NCBI GenBank assembly: GCA_951406725.2
Contig: OX597819.1
Coordinates: 7,812,001-7,876,000 of the forward strand
Length of the DNA: 64,000 nt
DNA from: Octopus vulgaris
Lineage: Eukaryota
Reading direction: 5' to 3'
Shown: positions 41,573 through 56,338 of the stretch, piece by piece
Position numbering within the stretch: position 1 is the first letter of the stretch
How the letters are laid out: each line of letters starts with the position of its first letter
Notes under the pieces: generated by a model
Seen by the model: the letters and a program-made list of their open reading frames with translations, nothing else
What the model was told of the DNA's origin: nothing
Databases searched by the model: none
Translations under genes and position numbers: made by a program

Positions 41573-41618
41573 TGTATGTATGTATGTATGTATGCATGCA
41601 TGCATGTATGTATGTATG

Positions 41619-41652
<34 letters not shown>

Positions 41653-41743
41653 TGCATGTACGCATGTATGTATGCATATATGCATGCATGTATGCATGCA
41701 TGTTTATATGTATGCTCCCATGTGTATATGTGCGTATGTATGT
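40667..41743. repeat. Degenerate (TATG)n satellite of about 1.07 kb
   Basis: Seen directly. Confidence 0.95.
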
Positions 41744-42237
41744 AGCCCCTAGCTTATCCAAAACTCGTTGAATGAAAACAATAACAAAATAATTAGAAAT
41801 GCCTGTTCGGCATTTTCGGGGAAATAGACGGCTCTCATGGTGTTTCATGTCTTGAAAATGAAACGAGATAAATTTTACTGAAAACAGAGACACCCATTTA
41901 AAGAAAAGGAAAAAAAAAAAAAAAAAAGGAAAAAATAATTACCCCTGACAAAAATATAAAAAAGACTTTTCAATGAAAAGCTTCCTGATAAACAATGTTC
42001 TTCGAGTTCCCACCTTGAGTACAGGCATACAAAAACCTTCTGCCTTCCAATGTGTTAACATAAAAAATGAGAGAAGCAAGATTTTCAATTGAAATTCTGA
42101 TATCTCCAACGTCTGACCTTGGGAGTTGTTTAAATTTGCGAAGCATAGGCGAATGGGAACTTAGAATCTCTGAATTGAAATGATCCAGTAGTAGAAGAGT
42201 AATACAGTTGGGGAAGGGAAGAAACTTTTATATAATA

Positions 42238-42632
42238 CTAGCAGTATCGCCCGGCGTTGCTCGGGTTTGTAAGGGAAATAACTATATAAGCATTTTTAGA
42301 GATGTAAAGTATAATAGCCATCTCAATATGGCTAACCACAAAGGGGGGGGTTACTGTAGCTTTTTACGTTCTGAGATTTAATAATACATTTTTAGAGAGT
42401 TACTTCCCTTATATATGCCAAAAATGCATTAAAAATGGGAAAAATTGATGGTAATTTTTTTTTTAATCGTAGACTCATCGTAGACGCGCGCTAATACCCA
42501 GAAGGGCTCGATATGAATCACGACTATAAGACACCCGGTTTTGGTTAAACTGCACCGCAAAATGTGGGAGTAGTTAGGAATCTAAATCGTAGGAGACAGA
42601 CAGACACACAACCTTACTTTTATATATAAAGA
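42238..42632 (-). mobile_element. Non-autonomous Helitron
   Basis: 5' TC, 3' CTAG, subterminal hairpin cccgagcaacgccggg, A|T insertion site; second copy at 62274. Confidence 0.88.
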
Positions 42633-43220
42633 TAACACATACTAAGGAGATATTACTGAATATCGCTGCCCGATTCGTAAAACATGAAAGTTTACAGGTA
42701 TGTAAGAAAAATATAAAATACAAACCATTTTCAAAGCACTGAAAAATGCACACTTGGTCAAAACCGTTTTTATAAAATATACGAGAACTCTTTCGTTAAG
42801 GAATCAAATCTTATTATCCACAAATGTGGTATCATTACCAAAAAGCACTTATAATAGAGAAATATGATAGAAAGCGCTTCGATCTGGTATTATTTTAACA
42901 GCGTATAAAACAAGAAGACACAAGACACACAGGAGTAATTTAATCCATTTCTGGTGATAAATATCCATATGCAAGCACACACACACGTTCATCTATGTAA
43001 CAAGTATTCTCATTAAATCACACACGTTCATACCACATATAAACAAATTTATTCGTTATCCACTGAAGACAATAAAGAATAAGTGTAAACGTAACAATTT
43101 TGTCACCAAGCGATGCCCATAAACAAGTAAAGAACAGATATATGTGCATCCATGTATACACATGCACGCACACACACACACAAACACACACACATACACA
43201 TACACGCACATAAATGCATG

Positions 43221-43252
<32 letters not shown>

Positions 43253-43279
43253 CATACACATATAATATACATATAATAG

Positions 43280-43511
43280 GGCGGCGAGCTGGCAGAAACG
43301 TTAGCACGCCGGGCGAAATGCTTATCGGTATTTCGTCTGTCGTTACATTCTGAGTTCAAATTCCGCCGAGGTCGACTTTGCCTTTCATCCTTTCGGGGTC
43401 GATAAATTAAGTACCAGTTTCGCACTGGGGTCGATGTAATCGACTTAATCCCTTTGTCTGTCCTTGTTTGTCCCCATCTATGTTTAGCCCCTTGTGGGTA
43501 GTAAAGAAATA
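43280..43511 (+). mobile_element. SINE family C
   Basis: Matches consensus. Confidence 0.9.
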
Positions 43512-43789
43512 TATATATATATACATACACGTACACATACATATACGTGATCTGTTCAATAAGTATGCGGACTGTTGCCATAGTAACGAAGCTAAGGCAC
43601 GCAGAATGACGCTGCTTGGTACGGATTGATCTTAAACTCTGCTGTGCATGCATACGAAGCTTTAACGCTCTGTCTCACTTTCACTGTTTACAAACGGTGC
43701 TTGGAAAGAACGGGTGTAGCAGAGAAAGATGAACAGAGAATCTGCCTCAAATTTTGCCAAAGGCTTCGCGATGCCTGCTTAGAGACTTA

Positions 43790-44205
43790 CTCTCTCTCTT
43801 TTACTCTTTTACTTGTTTCAGTCATTTGACAGCGGCCATGCTGGAGCACCGCCTTTAGTCGAGCAAATCGACCCCGGGACTTATTCTTTGTAAGCCCAGT
43901 ACTTATTCTATCGGTCTCTTTTGCCGAACCGCTAAGTGACCGGGATGTAAACACACCAGCATCGGTTGTCAATCGATGCTAGGAGGACAAACGCAGACAC
44001 ACAAACACATATACACACATATATATATATATACATATATACGACAGGCTTCTTTCAGTTTCCGTCTACCAAATCCACTAACAAGGCATTGATCGGCCCG
44101 GGGCTATAGCAGAAGACACTTGCCCAAGATGCCACGCAGTGGGACTGAACCCGGAACCATGTGGTTGGTTAGCAAGCTACTTACCACACAGCTACTCCTG
44201 CGCCT
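43790..44205 (-). mobile_element. SINE family B
   Basis: Matches consensus. Confidence 0.9.
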
Positions 44206-44734
44206 TATGCAAAGTTTTCAAAAATTTTTCATCGTTCTCGACACAGTCTTGGTGATCTTGTGCGACTGAAACCCGAGTGTCCTTATGGTCAGCTGAAAGC
44301 AGTTTTGGCACAAACTTGGCAGACACGCGTCTCATATCCAAATCTTCAGTGATAACGGACTGAACTAGACCGTAACTAATCTGCACATTCTCTGATAACT
44401 CACGGATGGTGATTCGACGATTTCCCCTCATAGCTGCACGCAGTAATGTGATGTTTTCCTCAGTTCTGTTGGTTGCGGTTCTCCCAGAACGTTCGTCAAT
44501 ATCAACATTTTTCCGGCTATATACGAAACGTCTAAACCCCTTGTACACGTGTGTGCGGCTCATACACTCCTCTCCATACACTTTCAGCAAATTTGCGCAG
44601 GCCTCTGAACGAGTATTGCCTTGGCAACTTTCTCTTTCATAATCAATGCGACGATAACACGCTAAACACGTTCCTTCCAAGCACTGCTGTAAGCAGTGGA
44701 TGTGAGCTAGAAGTTGAAAACTTAGTATGCATGT

Positions 44735-45140
44735 AGGCGCAGGAGTGGCTGTGTGATAAGTAGCTTACTAACCAACCACATGATTGCGGGTTCAGTCCCA
44801 CTGCGTGGCATCTTGGGCAAGTGTCTTCTACTATAGCCTCGGGACGACCAATGCCTTGTGAGTGGATTTGGTAGACGGAAACTGAAAGAAGTCTGTCGTA
44901 TATATGTATATATATATATGTATGTGTGTGTGTTTGTGTGTTTGTTCCCCTAGCATTGCTTGACAACCGATGCTGGTGTGTTTACGTCCCCGTCACTTAG
45001 CGGTTCGGCAAAAAGAGACCGATAGAATAAGTACTGGGCTTACAAAAAGAATAAGTCCCGGGGTCGAGTTGCTCGACTAAAGGCGGTGCTCCAGCATGGT
45101 CGCAGTCAAATGACTGAAACAAGTAAAAGAGTAAAAGAGT
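44735..45140 (+). mobile_element. SINE family B
   Basis: Matches consensus; TSD agtatgca at 44724-44731 and 45138-45145. Confidence 0.9.
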
Positions 45141-45479
45141 ATGCACAACAGAATTCAAGGACAATATTTGCCTAGCGGCTTTACTCTTCGTGCTTTAGCT
45201 TCGTTACTATGGCAACAGTCCAGATAATTATTGATCAGACCTCGTATGAATACGCGCGCATGCATACACACACACACACACACACGCGCGCGTGCGCGCG
45301 CGCATACATATGCATATATAGATAGAGTAAAACATAAATTAGAAAGCAAATTCGACGTGTAGATGGTAGGTGAACGTTTGATAGTTTTGCACTCAACGGT
45401 GTAACATGTTACATTGTTGGCTGTAATTATTGACCAGTCCTGAAAATACTATCTCAGTTAAACGTTGCTTTCTGTGCTT

Positions 45480-47100
45480 TCTATCTCTGGTTAAGACTGA
45501 CCACGATGATCGTCACCTTGTCCCAGTTATTACCCACTTGGAGGTTGGGACTGAAGCAGACCCCGAGCAATTTAACCGGGCCGTCAGTACAGCCTCCGAC
45601 GACGACGACGTCTAGCGGCATGAACCTGTCTCTCCTGATATCCAGCCGCAAACCTAACGATTTGTGTGTCGTTTTAAACATGGCTCCTTCCACCGTCTCA
45701 TATGGGGCCAACTGTCCCCTCTTCGGAGGTATCCATCGCCATGATAGTGATGTCGTCCGCGTATGCCGACACGGTCTTCCTAGATTCCAGTCCGAGAGGG
45801 ATGTCCATCAACTCTTCCGCCTTCCATTACAGTAGCTCGAGAGCAAGCACGTAGAGGAGAGGCGAGAGGGGGCAGCTCTGACGTAACCAGATTTCAATGC
45901 GTAAAGGTTCTTAGAGGTGGCCGTTTACTTTAACTACCGAGCAGGCACCGCTGTTCATTGCAGCAATTCAGCTTCTGAAAACAACTTCGAACGCATCGAT
46001 TTTAAGACGGCGTGCATGTAATGCTGATCGACCCTATCGAAAGCCTGCAGCTAATCCAAGTTAACCAGGAGCTCGCTGAGCCCAGTTTTGTTCCCATCCC
46101 TCTCTGTGATGTATTGCATAAAGTGGACGTTGTGGGCGAACCTGTTCAGGATCGTATACTTTTCCACTTCTCCGACGAGATCATTAACGCTATGAGCTAA
46201 TCTGTTTCGCAAACCCCTTGGCTATAATCAAAAATAATAGATTGATTTGTATGTGACTGATTCTCTGAATTGATAGACATGCGGATGAAAGACCCCTTCT
46301 ACCCGTAGCGGGTGGATGATGTGGAGTTTGTAATTCCTGTTTTGCGCTGCTCGTGTCCCTCGCAACTGTTGCTAGTGTCTTTGCTGTGGTTGATTTTTGC
46401 TGCTGTTGTTGTTATTGGTACTTGTGTTTTTGTTGGTATTGTTGGTTTTACTGATTGCTGCCGTTGGTAGTGGGGTTGTGATGCTGGTAATTGTGCAGGC
46501 GAGCTGGCAGAAACGTTAGCACGCCGGGCGAAATGCTTAGCGGTATTTCGTCTGCCGTTACGTTGTGAGTTCAAATTCCGCCAAGGTCGACTTTGCCTTT
46601 CATCCTTTCGGGGTCGATAAATTAAGTACCAGTTACGCAATGGGGTCGATGTAATCGACTTAATACCTTTGTCTGTCCTTGTTTGCCCCCTCTGTGTTTA
46701 GCTCCTTGTGGGTAATAAAGAAATAGGTAATTGTGCAGGCCTTCTTTCATCACCCTTTTGCAGAGGGATTTTAAATGAGAGTTGTTTCCACAATTGTGGC
46801 ATCTCGGTTTTCTGCCTTTGAACATGACCTAAATTTGTACCACGTTCAGCAACTCAATAAGATCGGGGATCTTATCCATTGTTCTCGGCTTCACCTCGAT
46901 CAAAATCTTCAACTCATTCCCTAACCAATCTTCTTTTCGTTTTTTTCTCAGTATCAGGCAGCGTATTTGAATCTTCGGTTGCAATACATATCACCCCCTA
47001 CGAGATGCCTACTTCTGTTGGCACATCTGTTATTTCAATTTTTACTAAACGCTGACCAAGGAGAAGAAAATTAGATTCTTGTGTTTGCACTGCATCACTG
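45480..47100 (-). mobile_element. Degenerate Tx1/L1-clade LINE (ORF1 zinc knuckle plus RT remnants, large internal deletion)
   Basis: FKGRKPRCHNCGNNSHLKSLC; AFDRV; QSCPLSPLLYVLALE; YADD. Confidence 0.7.
46498..46726 (+). mobile_element. SINE family C
   Basis: 15-bp TSD ggtaattgtgcaggc at 46486-46500 and 46726-46740. Confidence 0.92.
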
Positions 47101-47514
47101 AATGACAAAATTTGTTTCCAAACACGAATTCACATAAAGAATCTTGCAAACCAAATACAAAAAAAAAAAATATGAATATGCCAGGACATCTGTGAGGAAT
47201 CTCACGTTCATAAAACCATATAACTTCTTTGAGTTATAAAGTCGAAGTCAGTCTATAACCCTTTTGAGCATTTTTCGACCTGGATGTACGAAATATTAAA
47301 CACCCGTTGATTTTCACACAAACATAGTTAAAAATAGCTCTTCTGGCAGTTCTTTCAGAATTGTGAAGGGACGTCAAGTCGGGTTTTTCTATTTCCGTTG
47401 TTGATGAGCTTTTCTGCGTTGATCAGGTTCCTGAGTTTTTCTGTTATAAACGTGGCCTCCGTAACAGACTAAGAGTGAAGTCACTGAAAAGTTTGCAGAT
47501 GTCAACGAAAATAC

Positions 47515-47799
47515 TTTACTCTTTTACTCTCTTTTACTTGTTTCAGTCATTTGACTGCGGCCATGCTGGAGCACCGCCTTTAGTCGAGCAAATCGCACAA
47601 ACACACACACATATATATATATATATACATATATACGACAGACTTCTTTCAGTTTCCGTCTACCAAATCCACTCACAAGGCATTGGTCGGCCCGGGGCTA
47701 TAGCAGAAGACAATTGCACAAGATGCCACGCAGTGGGACTGAACCCGGAACCATGTGGTTGGTTAGCAAGCTACTTACCACACAGCCACTCCTGCGCCT
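47515..47799 (-). mobile_element. SINE family B with an internal deletion
   Basis: Head and tail match consensus. Confidence 0.85.
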
Positions 47800-47944
47800 G
47801 GTTTGACGAAAAACCAAACGAAACACACGACTGACTGTTTAACCAACAAGTTAAACAAACGATCGATTAATTTAACGATTTAACTAATTGACTAATAATC
47901 GTTTCTAATCTTGGTACAAGGCCCGAAATTTTTGGGGAGGGGAC

Positions 47945-48517
47945 CAGTCGATTAAATGGACCCCAGTACGCAACTGATACTTAATTTATCGACCCCGAAA
48001 AGGATGAAAGGAAAAGTCGATCTCGGCCAAATTTGAACTCAGAACGTAGACATAGGTGCAGGAGTGGCTGTGTGGTAAATAGCTTGTTTACCAACCGCAT
48101 GGTTCCGGGTTCAGTCCCACTGCATGGCACCTTGGGCAAGTGTCTTCTACTATAGCCTCAAGCCAACCAAAGCCTTGTGAGTGGATTTGGTAGATGGAAA
48201 CTGAAAGAAGCCCGTCTTATATATGTATATATATATGTGCGTGTGCGTGTATGTTTGTGTTTGTCCCCCTAGCATTGCTTGACAACCGATGCTGGTGTGT
48301 TTATGTCCCCATCACTTAGCGGTTCGGCCAAAGAGACCGATAGAATAAGTACTGGTCTTACAATGAATAAGTCTCGCGGTTGAGTTGCTCGACTAAAGGC
48401 GGTGCTCCAGCATGGCCGCAGTCAAATGACTGAAACAAGTTAAAGAAATAAAAGAAATTCGAAATACGGCTAAGCACTTCACCCGGCGTGCTAACATTTC
48501 TGCCAGCTCGCCGCCTT
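47945..48517 (-). mobile_element. SINE family C interrupted by a SINE family B copy (48054-48457, +)
   Basis: The two family C halves are contiguous across the insert. Confidence 0.85.
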
Positions 48518-50580
48518 AACTAATTGACTAATAATAAAGGAGTGGAATTGAACCAGTGCGTGTGTTATTAATATTGGCGTAATGACGATCCCAAGACACG
48601 ACAAAATTTGTTTCCAAACACGAATTCACATAAAGAATCTTGCAAATCAAATAAAAAAAAAAAACAATAATAATAATTTGATTTTAGGTGTAGGCTTCAA
48701 AAGTTGAACTAATGCAGTGGCTCCTATGAAATCCACCATTTTAAACACTACATCAATCACTTCTTGTAAATTTGTTGAATTTGTTGTTGTAATTATTGAA
48801 TATCCGAAAAGAGCGGTAAAAGATTTAGAAAATGAGACTTAGAAACGACTGTTTCATTTCTAAACTTGAAATTGATTCTTTTGTTTTTAGTTTTTCTCAT
48901 TTCCGAATTTGGATGGAACTGTGTTGCGAAAATGTTATGAACAGCATTAAAACGTCTTTCCAGTTGTCTGTGTTTATCACAGCGATATTCGCGTGGCAAA
49001 TTAAACACGTGCATTTCTCTTTAATCATTATCAATAAAAAAAAGTTTTGTTTTCATTCTTTGTTGTAATGCTATTTGTTTTTCCTTTCAACTTGTTGGCA
49101 ATCCATCATTAACAGTATATTCGGGAAAAAGTAACAAGAACAACAACAGCGTCTAAAAAAGATGGCTGGTGTGAATATTACAATGTTTGCGATATGGATT
49201 TGAAAGCATCTAATAGTAAATCATTCAATTAATTTTGTTTTCCTGTAAGATAGAAACCTTCATGCTCAAAATGGCGAAATATTAGGACGTGCGCTAAACC
49301 TCATATCTGGAAAAAAAAAATCTTTCTCGGAAATATAAGACGTGATTATCTTGACTTATATTAATCAGTTTATGCTTTAATAAATGATTTCAATAGCGAT
49401 TTACATAAAAGATTTATTAAAGTCATTGATATTAAAGTTTTCTACTAAGTTTTTTTTATTAAATAAGAATGCTAAATTTTTCTAGAATAAACTTGACCAT
49501 GTCCATTGGTATTCTATAACGAAATATTTAATCATTTGAAATTTTAAATTATATATTTCTACTTCATTATACTATATTTTTTTTTTGTGGTAAACTTGGC
49601 TTCAGCAACCATTCTCACTACCAACTGTTGAATATTTTATGAAACCGGATGCAGAAGTTGTTCACAATCCAAGTATATGCGGCAACGCAAGTGACGATTT
49701 CAAGGTCAAGCCATTGTTTGTTTACCATTCCGATAATCCGAGGGATTTTAAAAGAAACAATGTTATAAAGAGTAAATTGTCTGATGTGTGGCGGGCTTAG
49801 GTAACCAGACAATTATTTATTGAGTGGATTCATAAAATTTTTGCCCTGAGTGTTAAATATCTGCAAAAAGAAAAAAAAAAATGCTTGCCACTAAAATGCC
49901 TTCTCGTGTTAGACAATGCTCCCGCTCACCCTCCAGGTTTGGAGCATGACTTAGTTGAAGAGTTTTATTTTATTCAGGTCAAATACCTGCTACCTAACAC
50001 AGCTCTTTTAATACAACCAATGGACCAACAGGTCATTGCAGACTTTAAGAAACTTTACACAAAAGCTCTGTTTTGAAGGTGTTTTCAAGCCACTAATGAC
50101 ACTCAGTTAATTCTCAGAGAATTTCGGAAAAATCATTTCAATATCCTGAATTCTGTTAATCTTATTGATAATGCATAGAACCAAGTGAGTTACAGAGCTA
50201 TGAATTCAGCATGGAGGAAACTTTGGCCAGACTGTGTACCAGGACGAGACTTTGAGGGGTTTGAGACAGCTACAAGTACTACTGCTGTCGAGGAAATTGC
50301 TATTGTTGATGATATTGTCTCTATGGGAAAAACTATGGGCTTGGATGTCGACTGTGAAGAACTGGTGGAAGATCACAATGCTGAGCTTACCACCGAAGCG
50401 CTCGTGCACCTTCAAAATGAACAGTGAAAGACTTTGGCTGAGGAAATGGCTTCTGAGAAGAAGGAAAGAAAGGAGGCTGTCCCAAGTTCTTTAATCAAAG
50501 AAATTTGTGCTAAATGGGGTGATGTGCAAAGTTTTGTGGTTGCAAATAGAGCAGTAAACCTTTTCAATGATAATGTCATA

Positions 50581-50999
50581 CTCTCTTTTACTCTTTTACT
50601 TGTTTCAGTCATTTGACTGCGGCCATGTTGGAGCACCGCCTTTAGTTGAGCAAATCGACCCCGGGACTTATTCTTTGTAAGCTCAGTACTTATTCTATCG
50701 GTCTCTTTTGCCGAACCGCTAGGTGACGGGGACATAAACACACCAGCATCGGTTGTCAAGCAATGCTAGGGAGACAAACACAGACACACAAACACATACA
50801 CACACATACATATATATATATATATAAATACATATATACGACAGGCTTCTTTCAGTTTCTGTCTACCAAATCCACTCACAAGGCTTTGGTCGGCCCGAGG
50901 CTATAGTAGAAGACACTTGCCCAAGATGCCACGCAGTGGGACTGAACCCGGAATCATGTGGTTGGTAAACAAGCTACTTACCACACATCCACTCCTGCG
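50581..50999 (-). mobile_element. SINE family B inside the Tigger transposase
   Basis: Matches consensus; TSD gtcat. Confidence 0.9.
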
Positions 51000-51494
51000 T
51001 CATGTTTCATTTTAGAAACATTTTACAACGCAGTCAAAAACAACTGACATTTGATAGGTTTTTACTGAAAGAAAAAAAGGAAAGAAACCTCAGAGAAAGA
51101 TTTACCTGAGCCAAAGAGTCAGAGAAGAGAAGAAGCCCCGAAAGACAGATACCAAAAGCTTTTATGGAAGGAGACTCCCTTTCTAAGAAATAACACTCTT
51201 TTCTGTGTTATTTACAGTTTGAATAAACGTTTTTGTACTAAAATATATAGTGTAAGCATGTAAATAAGCATTCATCTGATGCCTGGAAAAGAATTAATCT
51301 CTTTTACATTAATTGTAATGGGAAAAAATGTTTCGGTTCTCGAACAATTCGCTTTTACAGTTCTATGTTTAAGAGATTAGGGATTATTTATATTATTTAC
51401 GTTATTTACATTTGACGGATATTTTTCCTCATCAAGTGTCTTGGGGGAAATTTCGAACCTGGGTTCTCATTCCTAAGGTATTTTTCGAAGTTGC

Positions 51495-51588
<94 letters not shown>

Positions 51589-51589
51589 A

Positions 51590-52222
<633 letters not shown>

Positions 52223-52249
52223 CCATCATCACCATCATCATCATCATCA

Positions 52250-52292
<43 letters not shown>

Positions 52293-52372
52293 CATTATTC
52301 GATTCCAGGCAGTGACCTGAATAATAAGAAAAACACCTTAAGAATGAGAACCCAGGTTCGAAATTTCCCCAA

Positions 52373-52418
52373 GACACCTGATGAAGGCTGGAGGGTATAT
52401 CAACCGAAACGTTGTGTT
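52373..52418 (+). ncRNA. Minimal type I hammerhead ribozyme motif
   Basis: gacac-CTGATGA-a-ggctg(gagggtatat)caacc-GAAA-cg-TT-gtgtt; palindromic ACGT stem III. Confidence 0.7.
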
Positions 52419-52554
52419 AACAATAAAAAAGATGAGGACAAATATCCGTCAAATGTAAATAATTCGGTTTTAGAACAGACTTTGAGAACAAATTAAGGTC
52501 GAAAATCGAGGTTGCTCTGTATCGCATGTCTTAAAGCGCAATATTTTCTTTTTC

Positions 52555-52940
52555 ATCTTTTAGATTTTACTTGCTTCAGTTATTAGACTACAGCCATGCT
52601 GAGACACCACATTGAAGAATTTTTAGTGGAATGGTTTGACCCCAGTACTTTTTTAAAGCCTGGTACTTATTCTATCAGTCTCTATTGCCAAACCGCTAAG
52701 TTACAGAGACGTAAACACACGAACACCAGTTTATCAAGCGATGGTGGTGATTAACACTAACACACACACGCGCGCGTGCGACAGGCTTCTTTCAGTTACT
52801 GTCTACTCTACTGTCTAATGTCTGCTCACAAGGATTTGGTCAGTTCGGGGCTATCGTAGAAGACACTTGGCCAGTGGGACTGAACCCGGAACCATGTGGA
52901 TGGAAAGCAAACGTCTTACCACACAGCCACGCCTGCACCT
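52555..52940 (-). mobile_element. Old SINE family B copy
   Basis: Diverged match to consensus. Confidence 0.75.
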
Positions 52941-53029
52941 AATTGCCCCACTTTTTACTAAATTACTATTTTAAAACGTTTTGATAGAGTTATAACCTAT
53001 TTTGGACGTTTATTTCCAATCAATTTCAA

Positions 53030-53426
53030 TGTGTGGTAAGTAGCTTGTTTACCAACCACATGGTTCCGGGTTCAGTCCCACTGCGTGGCATCTTGGACAA
53101 GTGTCTTCTACTATAGCCTCGGGCCGACCAAAGCCTTGTGAGTGGATTTGGTAGACGGAAACTGAAAGAAGCCCATTGTATATATGTATATATATATATA
53201 TATATATGTATATGTGTGCGGGCGTGTATGTTTGTGTTTGTCCCCCTAGCATTGCTTGACAACCGATGCTGGTGTGTTTATGTCTCCGTCACTTTGCGGT
53301 TCGGCAAAAGAGACCGATAGAATAAGTACTGGGCTTACAAAGAATAAGTATCGGGGTCGAGTTTCTCGATTAAAGGCGGTGCTCCAGCATGGCCGCAGTC
53401 AAATGACTGAAACAAGTAAAAGAGTA
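53030..53426 (+). mobile_element. SINE family B
   Basis: Matches consensus; 5' end clipped. Confidence 0.88.
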
Positions 53427-53666
53427 AGCTGCTTAATATGAATATTCTCACTAACCAACTATACGCTCACTCAGCCAGCCAGCCTTTGTCGATGTAATTT
53501 GAACCACTTTTGGTACACACGATCTTTTGTGCTGTTTCATAGAATGGTTAAGGAGTGAAGCAGATTCAAATATGTTGCGGAACTGCTCACAGAAAGTGAT
53601 GCACTTACAAGCCTAAAAATGTACAGAGGAACAATAAATGTAATTAAAAAAAGCCCAGAATCTCAT

Positions 53667-54086
53667 TACTCTTACTCTTTTTACTCTTTTACTTGTTTCA
53701 GTCATTTGACTGCGGCCATGCTGGAGCACCGCCTTTAGTCGAGCAACTCGACCCCGGGACTTATTCTTTTGTAAGCCCAGTACTTATTCTATCGGTCTCT
53801 TTTGCCAAACCGCTAAGTAACGGGGACGCAAACACACCAGCATCGGTTGTCAAGCAATGCTAGGGGGACAAACAGAGACACTCAAACACACACACACACA
53901 TACATATATACATATATATACATATATACGACAGGCTTCTTTCAGTTTCCGTCTACCAAATCCACTCACAAGGCTTTGGTCGGCCCGGGGCTATAGTAGA
54001 AGACACTTGCCCAAGATGCCACGCAGTGGGACTGAATCCAGAACCATGTGGTTGGTAAGCAACCTACTTACCACACAGCCACTCCG
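53667..54086 (-). mobile_element. SINE family B
   Basis: Matches consensus. Confidence 0.9.
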
Positions 54087-54999
54087 TGAAATTCCCATTC
54101 ATATTTAAACATGTGCACAAACAAGGATATACTCAGAAATATATTCACATTCACAAGGAAATGCAAACACAAATCAACAAAACATTTGCAAAAAGAAAAA
54201 AAATAGACATGCACATAGGAACTTTTACATGTTTAAAATTAAAAGAAAATATACAGAACCCAAATGCACAAACACCCAACTACGCATGTCCTCGCTTGAA
54301 AATATATATATGTACATAAAAGATGGCTTCAAATATTCACTGACATAAATGAATGTACACAGCAGCATGCATCTACACAAATATGCAATATTTATATGCC
54401 GCTATTTCATCAGTTGTTTTAACTGCAGTATTCAGTGTTCTGAATGCTGCAGTTAAAATGTCTAATTTTAACCATGTGCATTCTATTTTTTCTGCCGCAG
54501 CAACAATTCAATGTAAAATTGCAACAAAACGCACACTGTGACGACATAGCTAACTGGTTGCAATTTATTGCCTCTATCGATTTTGTTTTTGATGTCTTTG
54601 AAATAATCATGCAATAAATTCTATCAACTTGATTTGGGTCCGTATCCTTTGGGGACAACTGCCACTCTCCTCCTCTTTATCCAGCTCAGAGAGAAGTTAT
54701 GTGCTGTTGATGAAATGGAGCGTAAATGTTCAGTGAAGTTTATCGCTTGCCAATTTGGTGTTGCTAATGTATTCCGCCATCTTTAGATGTAAACTAAATT
54801 CACGGAAGTTGTTTTGTTTGAGAGAATAAGTCGGATAGACAGGAAATGGTAAAATAAATGACTGAAAGGAAAAAAAAATCATTTGAAAGAAATGGTCTTG
54901 CATCGGGTTTCAACAATGAAACAAGGAAAACTATACATACATACATACATACATACATACATACATACATACATACATGCATGCATGCATACAAACGCG

Positions 55000-55041
<42 letters not shown>

Positions 55042-55044
55042 GAT

Positions 55045-55259
55045 ATTCTTTTATTCTTTTACTTGTTTCAGTAACTTGACTGCGGCCATGCTGGAACACT
55101 GCCTTTAGTCGAGCAAATCGACTCCAGGACTTATTCTTTGTAAGCCTGGTACTTATTCTATCGGTGTCGTTTGCGGACCGCTAATTTACGGGGACGTAAA
55201 CACATCAGCCTCGGTTGTCAAGTAATGTTCGGGGTCACACACACACATACAGACACGCA

Positions 55260-55296
<37 letters not shown>

Positions 55297-55400
55297 ATAT
55301 GTATATATATACGACGGGCTTCTTTCAGTTTCCGTCTACCAAATCCGGAACCATGTAGTTGGTAAGCAAGCTACTTACCATGCAGCCACTCCAGAACCTA
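55045..55400 (-). mobile_element. SINE family B with an internal deletion
   Basis: Matches consensus. Confidence 0.82.
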
Positions 55401-56338
55401 TAATCATATTTTCTGCTGATTATTTCGATGAATTATTGTGTTTAGAATTTAAGTTGTGTCAGTTAATCAATCTATTATATAGAATTTTTTGCAGATATGA
55501 TTTCTTAGTCTATTACATGGGAAGCAATGTAACCGGTCATCTGAATATAGCTTATTTACTAATAGTGAAAGATTAAAATATTTCCACTTGACCGTTGGTG
55601 TCTCATAAACTTATTTCAAACCAATGTAGTAAGTAACAGTAAATCATTGTTCTTGTGTGTTTTTCAATGGCTAATATGTATCTTCCACGCTGTAGTTGTT
55701 CTAGTTTCAACACACCGTCTCAGATCATATCACTTGTCTGGCAAATACATCCCCATTATTCTTTTTATTTGTCTGATTGTGGCGGGTGGCTAATTCAGCT
55801 GAGTGACTGAATTATAGTATTTAGTTATTGCACTGTGTAACAAAATTAATTCTTTTTTGATTTTGGTCAGTGTTATTTCCTATTTGCTTCTATCTAGAAA
55901 TCAAAGGAAATGACTACTATTCCCTTCAAACTTTGCTTTTGTGATTTGGACAACAATGTTTTGAAACTGAATTATTTTCCATTACATTTCAGACAGATTC
56001 AACACTGGCTTGCTAAAGCAGAAATATCATTATAACAAATATTCTGCTCAATACCACAGATTTGATCGCCAGTTGCTTGACTTTTTCCACTTGACCATGT
56101 CCCTTAGAGATTTGCAATATGTGCACTGTCAGCCACTAAAGGCTAGTGGCAGAGCTTCATAGCCATGTGTTGGGAATGATTCTTTGAGGTTTGAATAAAT
56201 ATAGGAAAAGCAAAGATTGAAGGAAATATTAGCCATTCTCATACTTTGTAGGAGTAAGCAAACAGAAAATGACCTGCAACTTAAGGACAAATATCGTGAT
56301 ACACAGTGTTATTATTTACATTTTGAGTGGAAAACAAC

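Larger units (their letters stand above)
43546..45244. mobile_element. Composite mariner derivative: two convergent 5' halves with two nested SINE B copies
   Basis: Inverted ends flanked by TA. Left half on + reads EQRICLKFC. Right half on - reads VYGEECMSRTHVY..DERSGR..RRVSAKFVPKLL. Confidence 0.75.

Noticed and set aside
40486-41893. Long ORFs of 300-400 aa (HTYI/MYVC repeats), and similar ORFs at 32.6-33.3 kb, 35.6-36.4 kb and 60.3-60.7 kb
   Set aside because: They are translations of stop-free microsatellites, not genes.
53470-53611. Possible minus-strand exon (tttttag..gtgagc, 47 open codons)
   Set aside because: No recognisable protein similarity and no partner exons; could arise by chance.
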